Assembly (NCBI GenBank): GCA_036496745.1
Contig: DASXKQ010000250.1
Span: 4,684-68,683 of the forward strand
DNA length: 64,000 nt
Direction: 5' to 3'
Source: Polyangiaceae bacterium
Lineage (GTDB): Bacteria; Myxococcota_A; Polyangia; Polyangiales; Polyangiaceae
Position numbers and translations under genes: made by a program. Under the pieces are notes generated by a model. That model saw nothing but the letters and a program-made list of their open reading frames with translations, was not told where the DNA came from and ran no database searches. This document shows, one piece after another, positions 37,231-45,894 of the stretch. How positions within the stretch are numbered: position 1 is the first letter of the stretch; the number at the start of each line of letters is the position of its first letter.

Positions 37231-38190
37231 CTAGCGTCGCGACGCGCGACGAAGCTCGGCAAGTACCGCCAGCATATCGTCCGGCATCGGCTGCTCGAAG
37301 CGCAGCGGGCGCTCGGTCTCCGGATGATTGAAGCCGAGCTCCTGCGCGTGGAGCATCAGCCGCGGGGCGGGCAAGAGAGTGCCACGGAATCCCTTGCTGT
37401 AAACGCGCTCGCCGAGCAGCGGGTGGCCGGCTTCGGCCAGCTGAATACGAATCTGGTGCGTGCGCCCAGTCTCCAGACGACACTCGAGCAAGCTTGCTTG
37501 CGCGAGCGATTCGAGCACCTGGACGTGCGTGGTCGCGACGCGGCCGAGCTTCGGGTTGTCGGTCGAGCCGCGGCGGCCGTCGCCGCGATCGGGCACGAGG
37601 CGCGTGGTGAATGTACGCCTCTCGAGCTTGCCGTGCGCGATCGCGCGGTAGCGCCGGTGCACGGTGTGAAAGCGAAATTGGTTTTTGAGCGCGCGCTTTG
37701 CGGCGAGTGTGCGCGCAAAAACGACCAGGCCGGACGTCTCCTTGTCGATGCGATGCACGACGCCGAGCGGCGCCTCGCGGCGGCCGCGCTGCGTGGTACC
37801 CGAAGGGGTGCCGAGCTCGGCGCGCACGAGCTCCGACAACGTGCCGGGCTCGTCTTTGTACGGAACAGTGCTGATGCCGGCTGGCTTTTGCACGACCACC
37901 ACGTGCGCGTCGACGTACACGAATGCTCCGCGCGGCAGCACGGAACTCTGCTCGCGCCGCCTGGCGGTCATCGAGATCTCGATCCTTGCGCCGGCGCGCA
38001 CGCGCCGCTGTGGGTTTCGTTCCGGCTCACCGTCGACGCTTACCTTGCCGGTTTCGACCAAGCGGCGCACTTCGGCCCAGCTTGCGCCCGGGTGTGCAGT
38101 GCGCAGCACGCGGTCGAGCAGTTGCTCCGTTTGCCCCTCGGGCGCGACGATCCGCGTGTCGCGAAAGAGCACGCGCGCCGAACCGCTCAC
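37231..38190 (-). CDS. RluA family pseudouridine synthase
   Basis: S4-like N-terminus, VVQKPAG, VHRIDKETSG (catalytic Asp), LETGRTHQIR, LMLHA. Confidence 0.95.
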   Translation of the reverse strand: MSGSARVLFRDTRIVAPEGQTEQLLDRVLRTAHPGASWAEVRRLVETGKVSVDGEPERNPQRRVRAGARIEISMTARRREQSSVLPRGAFVYVDAHVVVVQKPAGISTVPYKDEPGTLSELVRAELGTPSGTTQRGRREAPLGVVHRIDKETSGLVVFARTLAAKRALKNQFRFHTVHRRYRAIAHGKLERRTFTTRLVPDRGDGRRGSTDNPKLGRVATTHVQVLESLAQASLLECRLETGRTHQIRIQLAEAGHPLLGERVYSKGFRGTLLPAPRLMLHAQELGFNHPETERPLRFEQPMPDDMLAVLAELRRASRR

Positions 38191-39149
38191 CTGCGCGTGC
38201 TCCAGCGCGGCTTGACGTGCACCTTGAGCACGTCTCCGTAGAGCACGATCTGCGCGCAATGATCCATCTTGTCGTTGCCGGCGTAGCCACGCACGTGAAA
38301 GTTCGCCTTGCTGTAGCGCAAGATCAGATCCATTCCGGCCGGCCCTGTGCCGTGCACCGCGTGCGGCGTACCGCCAACCTCATGAATCAAGTAACTCGCC
38401 GTTTCGGTCGTGGACGCGTAGTCGGGCGGAATGATCGACGAATGGCTGACGAACATCAGGCGATCACCGCTGGCCGCCAGCTTCGCGAAGGCGGTGAACG
38501 GCGCGATCTGTTGACCGTTGATGGCCGGCCCCGTGTACCCGCAGTGTAAGCCGTCGAGTAGGATCACGGTGTCTACGCGCTTTTTCGCGTAGTCCTGACC
38601 CAGTATCCATTGTAGAGCGCCGTAGCCCGCGCTCCACGCGCTCAGGCCGATGAGCCGCGCGTGCGCGCTGTCGCGCCCTGCCTTCTTTGCGACCGCTCGC
38701 TCGATGCTGTCGACCAGCCGCGGAAACACGTCAGGCGCCTGGAAAGCCGTCTCATACGAACCCGAGCCGAGGCCGAGATCGATGCCGACGAGCACGGCGC
38801 GATCCATGACCTTGACCCATTCTTTGCGCGCGGGCTCGTGGCCGTGAAAATGGATCATCACGTCGAAGTCGCCGTTGCTCTTCACTCCGCCCTGGAGCGG
38901 CATGATGAACTGGCCCATGTTGATGCCCTGTTCCCAATGACCGTAATTGCCGAAGCCGGGGTCGGGCGTGTCGCACGGGTTGATTCCGCGCTCCTCCGCC
39001 GTTTTCTGCACCTGCGTTTCCGGCGCGGGCTTTGGAGCCACGAACGGTGCCGGAGGCTGCTCAGCGCGTAGCTCGACCACCGGAGCGATGCCGAGCAACG
39101 AGCCTACCAGCAAGCACGAGCGCCAGAGCCGCACGTCGAACCCTATCAC
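38187..39149 (-). CDS. Secreted alpha/beta-hydrolase-like protein
   Basis: Signal peptide; MIHFHG, AWSAGYG (nucleophile elbow), ILLDGLH, DHC. Confidence 0.6.
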   Translation of the reverse strand: MIGFDVRLWRSCLLVGSLLGIAPVVELRAEQPPAPFVAPKPAPETQVQKTAEERGINPCDTPDPGFGNYGHWEQGINMGQFIMPLQGGVKSNGDFDVMIHFHGHEPARKEWVKVMDRAVLVGIDLGLGSGSYETAFQAPDVFPRLVDSIERAVAKKAGRDSAHARLIGLSAWSAGYGALQWILGQDYAKKRVDTVILLDGLHCGYTGPAINGQQIAPFTAFAKLAASGDRLMFVSHSSIIPPDYASTTETASYLIHEVGGTPHAVHGTGPAGMDLILRYSKANFHVRGYAGNDKMDHCAQIVLYGDVLKVHVKPRWSTRR

Positions 39150-39150
39150 C

Positions 39151-40266
39151 TCACGCTGGCTCTTGCTGCGTGCTGCAGTGGATCGTGCCGAGCCCGAGCA
39201 CGAAATCCGTGGAATGGATACCGACCACGCGCCGCCCAGGAAACAACTCGGACAAGATGCCCAGGGCGCGGCGATCTTGTGCGTCGTTGAAGGTGGGCAC
39301 GAGCACCACGCCGTTGCCTATGTAGAAATTGGCGTAGCTCGCCGGCAACCGCTGCTTCGCGAACGCCACGGGTGACGGCATCGGCAGCGAAATCACTTCG
39401 AGCTTGCGACCATGCGCGTCGCGCGCGCCGCGCAGCCGCTCGGCGGCCGCCGCGAGCACGCGGTGATTCGGATCACGACGATTGTCCTCGCGCGCGAGCA
39501 CGATCTTTCCGGGCGCTACGAAACGACAAAAATCGTCGATGTGACCCGCGGTGTCGTCGCCCGCGATGCCGCGTTCGAGCCAAAGCACTTTTTCTGCGCC
39601 CAAATACTCGCGCAAGACGAGCTCGCTGCCCGCCTTGCCGACCTCGCGGTTGCGCGCTTGGCGCCCGTCGAGCAGGCACTCTTCAGTCGCGAGCAGGGTG
39701 CCCTCGCCGTCGACGTCGATCGCGCCGCCCTCGAGCACGAAGCGCCGCGCGCGGCCACCCACCGCGGTTTCCGGCAGCGCTATCGGCAAATCCTGGGCAA
39801 GCGCGACGGCCAGGCCCGCCTGCTCGTCGCGGCGATGATTGGGGTAGCGGCCCCAGCCGTTGAAGCGCCACTTCACGAGCGCGCGCTCGCGCCGCTTGCC
39901 GCGGCCGCGCGTTACGAACAGCGGCAGAAAATCGCGCGTCCAAGAGCGATCGGTCGGACAACGAAAAAAATCGACGCGCGACGAGTCCACGCCGGCCTTC
40001 GAGAACGCCTGCTTCGCCAGCTTTTCACCGCCGGCATTCGAGACGATCAGTCGCACGCGTTCGTGCTCCTGCAGCTGCCGCGCGATCTCGGCGAACACCC
40101 AGGGTATGGCCGCGAATTTCCCCGGCCAGTCTTTGGGCTCGTGCGGCCAGGCCAGCCAGGTCGCGGCGTGCGGCTCCCACTCGGCAGGCATCCGAAAACC
40201 GCGCGCCGACGGCGCATGTTGAACCTGCGGCCGCTGCTCGGTCGAGCGTCGCGCGCGCGACTTCAT
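39151..40266 (-). CDS. aguA: Agmatine deiminase
   Basis: RMPAEWEPHAATWLAWP, SWTRD, WRFNGWG, LEGGAIDVDGEG, DDTAGHIDD, PASYANF, GLGTIHCSTQQEP. Confidence 0.95.
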   Translation of the reverse strand: MKSRARRSTEQRPQVQHAPSARGFRMPAEWEPHAATWLAWPHEPKDWPGKFAAIPWVFAEIARQLQEHERVRLIVSNAGGEKLAKQAFSKAGVDSSRVDFFRCPTDRSWTRDFLPLFVTRGRGKRRERALVKWRFNGWGRYPNHRRDEQAGLAVALAQDLPIALPETAVGGRARRFVLEGGAIDVDGEGTLLATEECLLDGRQARNREVGKAGSELVLREYLGAEKVLWLERGIAGDDTAGHIDDFCRFVAPGKIVLAREDNRRDPNHRVLAAAAERLRGARDAHGRKLEVISLPMPSPVAFAKQRLPASYANFYIGNGVVLVPTFNDAQDRRALGILSELFPGRRVVGIHSTDFVLGLGTIHCSTQQEPA

Positions 40267-41150
40267 TGCTTGCGATCCGAAAAGCGCGCGGTCAAATCGC
40301 CATAGGCATCGATGCGGCGGTCGCGGAAAAACGGCCAGTTCTGGCGTACCCACTCCGAACGCGCCAGGTCGCACTCAACGACCAACACTTCTTCCAGCTC
40401 GCCGGCCTCAGCCAGCACCACGCCGAATGGATCGCACACGAACGAGTGCCCCCAAAAATCCAATCCCCCGTCGGGCGGCCCTTCGTGCCCCACGCGGTTG
40501 ACGGCGATCACGAACACGCCGTTGGCGATCGCATGACTGCGCTGCATGGTTTGCCAGGCGGACAGTTGAGCCGCGCCGAATTCGGCTTTTTCCTTGGGAT
40601 GCCAACCGATCGCCGTCGGATAGACGAGCAGCTGTGCACCTTGCATCGCGGTGAGCCGCGCCGCCTCCGGATACCACTGGTCCCAGCAAATGAGCGTGCC
40701 GAGGTTTCCCACGGGCGTTTCAATGCTGCGAAAGCCGAGATCGCCGGGTGTGAAATAGAACTTCTCGAGAAACAGCGGATCGTCCGGAATATGCATCTTG
40801 CGGTACACGCCGAGCGTGTCCCCGTCCGGCCCGACGACGGCCAGGCTATTGTGATAGAGGCCGGCCGCTCGCCGCTCGAAGATCGGAACCACCACGCTGA
40901 CCGCGCACGCTTTGGCCACCTGAGCCATTGCTTGCACGGTCGGGCCGTCGAGCGGTTCAGCGAGTTCGAAGAACGCGGTGTTTTCTTCCTGACAAAAGTA
41001 GGGAGACGCAAAGAGCTCTTGCAGGCAGACGAGCCTCGCCCCCCGCTTGGCCGCGTCGCGGATCAACGCGCTCGTGCGCTCGATATTTTCCTGCTTGTCC
41101 GGCCCGGCCGTGGTCTGCACGAGGCCGATCGTGATTTTGCTCGCCGTCAT
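40263..41150 (-). CDS. aguB: N-carbamoylputrescine amidase (carbon-nitrogen hydrolase)
   Basis: Catalytic triad LQELF / YRKMHIPDDP / LICWDQWYPE; YPTAIGW; adjacent to aguA. Confidence 0.9.
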   Translation of the reverse strand: MTASKITIGLVQTTAGPDKQENIERTSALIRDAAKRGARLVCLQELFASPYFCQEENTAFFELAEPLDGPTVQAMAQVAKACAVSVVVPIFERRAAGLYHNSLAVVGPDGDTLGVYRKMHIPDDPLFLEKFYFTPGDLGFRSIETPVGNLGTLICWDQWYPEAARLTAMQGAQLLVYPTAIGWHPKEKAEFGAAQLSAWQTMQRSHAIANGVFVIAVNRVGHEGPPDGGLDFWGHSFVCDPFGVVLAEAGELEEVLVVECDLARSEWVRQNWPFFRDRRIDAYGDLTARFSDRKQ

Positions 41151-42106
41151 GGCTTCGTTCCTAATGGGTCCGCGGTCCGCTCGCCAATCAAAAACCTCGG
41201 CCGGTTCTTCAATATTTCGTAAATCTTGCCGAGATACGTGCCCACGATGCCGAGCAGCACGAACAAGACGCCGAACATGAGCGACATGAAGGTCATCACC
41301 GACGCCCAGCCCGTGATCGTGTGACCCGAGAGATAGCGATAGACAATGTAAGCGAGTTCACAAGCTGCGAACGCGCTCGTCAAAAACCCAACCCAAATGC
41401 CGAGCCGGAGCGGCAGGAGCGAGAAGGAGAGCAAAGCGCCAGACGCGAAGCGCAGCATCTTGGGCAAGGTGTACTTGGAGACGCCCGAGTGACGCTCAGC
41501 CACCTGGTACGGCAGCGTCGCCGTCGGCAGGCCAAGCCAGCTCACCATCCCGCGTAGAAAGAGATCGGCGTCGCCCATCTCGCGCAGCGCCGCGACGGCG
41601 CTCGTATCCAGCAAACGGAAATCGGAGTTGCCCGCTGCCAGGCCGATCCCGGTCAGACGCGAGAACACGCGATAAAATTGACGAGAGGTCGTGCGCTTGA
41701 ACCAGGACACGCGCGCATCGTCGATGCGCTGCGTGCCGACGACTTTGTAGCCGCTGCGCCAAGTCGAGAGCATCTCCGGGATCAGCGCCGGTGGGTGCTG
41801 CAGATCCCCATCCAAGCTGACCACGGCGCGGCCGCGCGCGTCGTACAACCCCGCCAAGAGCGCGTGCTGATGACCGAAGTTCCGAGCCAAGCGTAGCCCG
41901 CGCACGCTGGGCCGCGTCTGTGCTTGCTCCTGGATCCGAGACCACGTCTGATCCCCGCTGCCGTCGTCGACGAGCACGATCTCGAACGGGATGCCCAGCG
42001 GGTCGACGACTGCCACGATGGCGTCCACGAGCGCTGCGACGTTGCCCTGTTCATTGTACATGGGCGACACCACCGACAGCTCGACGGACTCTCGACTTGC
42101 GGTCAT
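41147..42106 (-). CDS. GT2 polyprenyl-phosphate glycosyltransferase (GtrB/YkcC-like)
   Basis: SPMYNEQ, VDDGSGD, RNFGHQ.ALLAG, LDGDLQHPP, SDFRLLD, FLRGM; two C-terminal TMs. Confidence 0.93.
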   Translation of the reverse strand: MTASRESVELSVVSPMYNEQGNVAALVDAIVAVVDPLGIPFEIVLVDDGSGDQTWSRIQEQAQTRPSVRGLRLARNFGHQHALLAGLYDARGRAVVSLDGDLQHPPALIPEMLSTWRSGYKVVGTQRIDDARVSWFKRTTSRQFYRVFSRLTGIGLAAGNSDFRLLDTSAVAALREMGDADLFLRGMVSWLGLPTATLPYQVAERHSGVSKYTLPKMLRFASGALLSFSLLPLRLGIWVGFLTSAFAACELAYIVYRYLSGHTITGWASVMTFMSLMFGVLFVLLGIVGTYLGKIYEILKNRPRFLIGERTADPLGTKP

Positions 42107-42185
42107 CGTGACCCGACGTTTCGTAGCATTTCTAGGCGACGTACGGTCCGTGATATAGCCGGCGTGGAGAGGCGTCCTGCAAAAC

Positions 42186-43895
42186 TTGGCGGAAAGCAAG
42201 CTCGGCCAGCGCCTCGAACTCGGGCTCGTGGCGCTGTCCTGTCTGCTCTTCGCGGCGAGCTACGGCTTCAACTACGGCGTCGACAATCAGGTCGTCTACC
42301 TGCTCAAATCGCTGACCCTCGTCGATCGCGGTTTGCTGCGCGCCGATTGGTATACGTCGCACGCAACGCAGTACCACCCGACGTTCGCCTATCTGGGAGC
42401 GCTGCTGCTCTGGCTCCGTCGGGACGGTTGGGCCATCGCGATCGCGCAGTCTGCGATCATCGCGCTCGGGACGTTCGTCATCTACGGCATCGTGCGCGCC
42501 GTCGCGGGCGTGCGCCACGCGCTGGTCGCATTTTGGCTGCTCTTGGCCGTGCTGTTCGTCACGCGCACCTCGAGCGTGATGGTCAGCTACATCTTCGATT
42601 TCATCTTGCAACCCTCGACGCTCGGCAGCCTGGGCTTGCTGGGCGCCATGTACTATTTCATCGAGGAGCGCTGGCTCGCGTCGGGGATCTGCCTTGCCGG
42701 CAGCGGCGCGTTTCACGTCAACTACTTGGTGCTGGGCTACCCGGTTTTCGGGCTCGCGCAGCTCGCGCTCGGCACGCGCGGGCTGTGGGAGCGCCTCAAA
42801 TTGCAGTTCGGCCCGCTCGTGTTGGTGACCATCGCGGTCTCGCCCATGTTGCGCAAGAGCGCGTCAGCGCGTGGCCTCGAACAGGCGCAGCAGATCCTGT
42901 TCAGCGTGCGCTCGCCGCACCACTATTCACCGGGCACGCACGAACGAAACTTCATGCCGCCCGCGGCCTACGCGTTGTTCGGCATCGGCGCGGGTTGGCC
43001 TATTTTGCGCTCTGCGCCCGGCAAGCGCTTGGGTGCGCTGCTGGCCGGTTTCTCGGCCGTCGTTTGGACCGGCACTTTGCTCACGACCTGGATTTGGGTG
43101 CCGCGCGTTGCGCAGTTGTTCGTCTGGCGGTTCGCGCCGTTCGCGGATTTGCTCAATCAGATCCTCGCGACCTCCGCGCTCGCGCAACTGATCGCGAGAC
43201 CCGCGCGTGGCAAGCTTCATCCACCCGCTCTCCTCGGCGCGTGCTTCATTGCTGTGGCCGTGCTCGGTCTCTTCCTGAAAGATCACGAAGACGCTCCGCT
43301 GCCGCGGCTCGCGCTGGCGTACCTCGCGCTCGGCTTGCTCGTATATTGCCTCGACGTCGGCTTGGATTTGCTCACGCAGCGCGTGCCTGAGCGGCTGCTT
43401 GTCCGCGTGCGCAGCGTGCTGGCGTGGGCGGGTGTCCCGTTCGCGCTCGTCGCTCTCACGTTCAGCGCGCGTCCCAAGCTGCAAACAATCGCCGAACGTT
43501 CCACGCTGCTCAACCCGCGCAACGACGCAACGCACGACCTGTACGGCTGGCTCGCGAACAGCTCGCCGCGCGACGCGATATTTCTCACGCCACCCGACAT
43601 CGAGGGCATGCGCCTGCTCGGCAAACGCGCAATCGTGGTCGACTGGAAAGCCGCGCCGATCTTGCCCCGCGATCTGCTCGAGTGGTACGCGCGCATCAGC
43701 GCTGTCACGGGTCGAGCCGTATCGGGCTCGCGCGATCTGGCCGGCTACCCCGCGCTCTCGCTCGCGCAAGTTTTGGAGGTGGCGCACCGTTACGGCGCGA
43801 GCTTCGTCGTCGAACGCCGGCAACACGCCGGCCGCCTGAGCGAGCTCGCGGTCGTCTATCAGAATCCGGGCTACATCGTATTCCGGATGCCGTAG
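42186..43895 (+). CDS. GT-C-like polytopic membrane protein (5), DUF6798-like
   Basis: First loop YGVDNQ, AFHVNY, RSPHHY, C-terminal FLTPP..MRLLGKRAIVVDWKA. Confidence 0.7.
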   Translation: MAESKLGQRLELGLVALSCLLFAASYGFNYGVDNQVVYLLKSLTLVDRGLLRADWYTSHATQYHPTFAYLGALLLWLRRDGWAIAIAQSAIIALGTFVIYGIVRAVAGVRHALVAFWLLLAVLFVTRTSSVMVSYIFDFILQPSTLGSLGLLGAMYYFIEERWLASGICLAGSGAFHVNYLVLGYPVFGLAQLALGTRGLWERLKLQFGPLVLVTIAVSPMLRKSASARGLEQAQQILFSVRSPHHYSPGTHERNFMPPAAYALFGIGAGWPILRSAPGKRLGALLAGFSAVVWTGTLLTTWIWVPRVAQLFVWRFAPFADLLNQILATSALAQLIARPARGKLHPPALLGACFIAVAVLGLFLKDHEDAPLPRLALAYLALGLLVYCLDVGLDLLTQRVPERLLVRVRSVLAWAGVPFALVALTFSARPKLQTIAERSTLLNPRNDATHDLYGWLANSSPRDAIFLTPPDIEGMRLLGKRAIVVDWKAAPILPRDLLEWYARISAVTGRAVSGSRDLAGYPALSLAQVLEVAHRYGASFVVERRQHAGRLSELAVVYQNPGYIVFRMP

Positions 43896-43967
43896 AGCCA
43901 AGCGAGCGTCACTCGGCCTTGCTCGACGAACGGCTCTAGGGCACCTTGCGGCTTGGACGCGCTGGCC

Positions 43968-44969
43968 ATGACACCGAGCCATCCGAAGCTATCGTTCGTG
44001 ATCCCGTTTCTGAACGAGGAAGCGACGCTCCGCGAGCTGTTCGAAAAAATAGCGCAAGCCGTACAACCCCTACTCACGAAGTCGGACGACTTCGAGGTGA
44101 TCCTGGTCGACGACGGCAGCACCGACGGTTCGTTGGCCGAGGCGGAGCGCCTGGTGCTCGAGCATCCGCAAGTGCAGCTGCTCGAGCTCCAGGGAAATTT
44201 CGGAAAAAGCGCGGCGCTCGCAGCTGGTTTTGGCGCCGCGCGCGGCCACATGGTGTTCACGCTCGACGCGGATCTACAGGACGATCCCAAGGAGATCCCG
44301 CGTTTCGTGGCCAAGCTCGAGGAAGGCTTCGATTTGGTCTCCGGCTACAAACTGAAGCGGAACGACCCGATCTCCAAGGTGGTCCCTTCGCGCGTCTTCA
44401 ATCTACTCGTGCGCGTGACGACCGGTGTGAAGCTCCACGACGTCAATTGCGGCTTCAAGGCGTACCGCGACGTGGTGCTCAAGAACGTGCGCCTGTACGG
44501 CGAGCTACATCGCTTCATCCCCGTGCTCGCGCACTGGAAGCGCTATCGGATCAGCGAGATCCCTATCGAGCACCATGCGCGGCGCTTTGGGGCGAGCAAG
44601 TTCGGCGGCGGGCGCTTCTTCCGCGGCTTGATGGATCTCTTGACGGTCGTCTTTCTGCTGCGCTACGGGCGGCGGCCGGCGCATTTCTTCGGCGCGCTCG
44701 GCATGCTGACGCTCAGCGTGGGCGTCGCTCTGGGCATGTATTTGACGGTGATTTGGTGCATGGGCCAATCGATCGGCCACCGCCCATTGTTGATCCTGGC
44801 CGTGCTGTTGATCGTGGTCGGCGTTCAGATCTTGGCAACCGGTTTGATCGCCGAGCTGATCGTGCATTTGGCGCGCACTGACCTGCCCTACGTGCTCAAG
44901 CGCGAAATCCGTCACGAGGCGCCCCTGCGCGAAACCAGCGAACGCCTACCGAGCGTGATCGCGCGCTGA
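43968..44969 (+). CDS. GT2 polyprenyl-phosphate glycosyltransferase (ArnC-like)
   Basis: VIPFLNEE, VDDGSTD, NFGKSAAL, LDADLQDDP, HDVNCGFKAY, LYGELHRFIP. Confidence 0.93.
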   Translation: MTPSHPKLSFVIPFLNEEATLRELFEKIAQAVQPLLTKSDDFEVILVDDGSTDGSLAEAERLVLEHPQVQLLELQGNFGKSAALAAGFGAARGHMVFTLDADLQDDPKEIPRFVAKLEEGFDLVSGYKLKRNDPISKVVPSRVFNLLVRVTTGVKLHDVNCGFKAYRDVVLKNVRLYGELHRFIPVLAHWKRYRISEIPIEHHARRFGASKFGGGRFFRGLMDLLTVVFLLRYGRRPAHFFGALGMLTLSVGVALGMYLTVIWCMGQSIGHRPLLILAVLLIVVGVQILATGLIAELIVHLARTDLPYVLKREIRHEAPLRETSERLPSVIAR

Positions 44970-44970
44970 T

Positions 44971-45894
44971 CTAGCGGCCAGCACCGCGTAACGCGAGCCA
45001 GACACCCACGTCCGCGAGCAGCGACGCCGCTCGCGACGCCACGGCGATGGCAAGAGCCGGGGCCACGCCGAACGTCGACGCAAGAGCCATCGACAGGATC
45101 GACTCACGCACGCCGACACCGGCCGGCGCAGCCAGCGCAATGAAGCCACCCACGGTGGCGAGCGCGTAGAACCCAGAGCCGCTCACCGCGAGCGAGCTCG
45201 GCGCGCCGAACGCGAGGCTCAAGAGCACGCCATGCACGAGCCAGGTCAACCAATACGCGAGGTGCATCAGCGGCAGCGCGACGGGGAGCAGCGGACCTCG
45301 GCCGTCCACGCTCAAGGCCCGCCGCAGAAATCCCGGCAATCGAGCGCGATCGAGCGCGACCAACACCAGCAGGCCGAGCGCAAACAGCGCCAAGAGCACG
45401 AGCGAGAGAGAGCCGAGCCGGCTTTCGTCCAGCGCGGCGTGATCGAACCCGAGCAACGCCGAAAAACCGACCGCGCCGCCAACCGCCGTCCACGACAGCA
45501 TCTCGAAGCCGACGGACGAGCCCACGAGCAGCGCGGGCACGCCGAGCCGCTCAGCGCCGGCGATACGCACTAGCGGCAACCCGACCATGCCGGGGGTGTA
45601 ACGCGCGAGCTGTGAGTCCATGTATAGAGCGAGCGCAATCTTGCGCGGCACCCGCTGACCCGTGATTCGCTCGAGCAAGGCGATCCAGCCACGGCCCTGG
45701 ATCAGGCAGCCGAACGCGAGCGGCAAGATCGACGCGAACGCGAGCGGCCAGCTGAGTGAAACGCGCGTGCTCCGCCAGCGCTGCGTCAGGCGCCACGCCG
45801 CATACGCGACGAACGCGATCGCCACCGTCATCAACAGCGGTCGGAGCCTGCGCTTGGCGCGAGCCAGACCTGAAGCCTGTTTTACAGCTGCCAA
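44971..45894 (-). CDS. UPF0104/LPG-synthase-TM flippase-like membrane protein (4); start uncertain (TTG 45894 or ATG 45832)
   Basis: QLARYTPG and APAGVGVRES; about 8 TMs. The upstream part of the 570-aa ORF is a shadow of the DUF2079 gene. Confidence 0.8.
   Translation of the reverse strand: MAAVKQASGLARAKRRLRPLLMTVAIAFVAYAAWRLTQRWRSTRVSLSWPLAFASILPLAFGCLIQGRGWIALLERITGQRVPRKIALALYMDSQLARYTPGMVGLPLVRIAGAERLGVPALLVGSSVGFEMLSWTAVGGAVGFSALLGFDHAALDESRLGSLSLVLLALFALGLLVLVALDRARLPGFLRRALSVDGRGPLLPVALPLMHLAYWLTWLVHGVLLSLAFGAPSSLAVSGSGFYALATVGGFIALAAPAGVGVRESILSMALASTFGVAPALAIAVASRAASLLADVGVWLALRGAGR

Noticed and set aside
40266-41222. Long antisense or alternative-frame ORFs (e.g. 40266..41222, 32095..33627, 41924..43390, 58822..59859, 61982..62905)
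   Set aside because: They are Arg/Ala/Pro-rich shadows of well-supported genes, as expected where high GC makes stop codons scarce.
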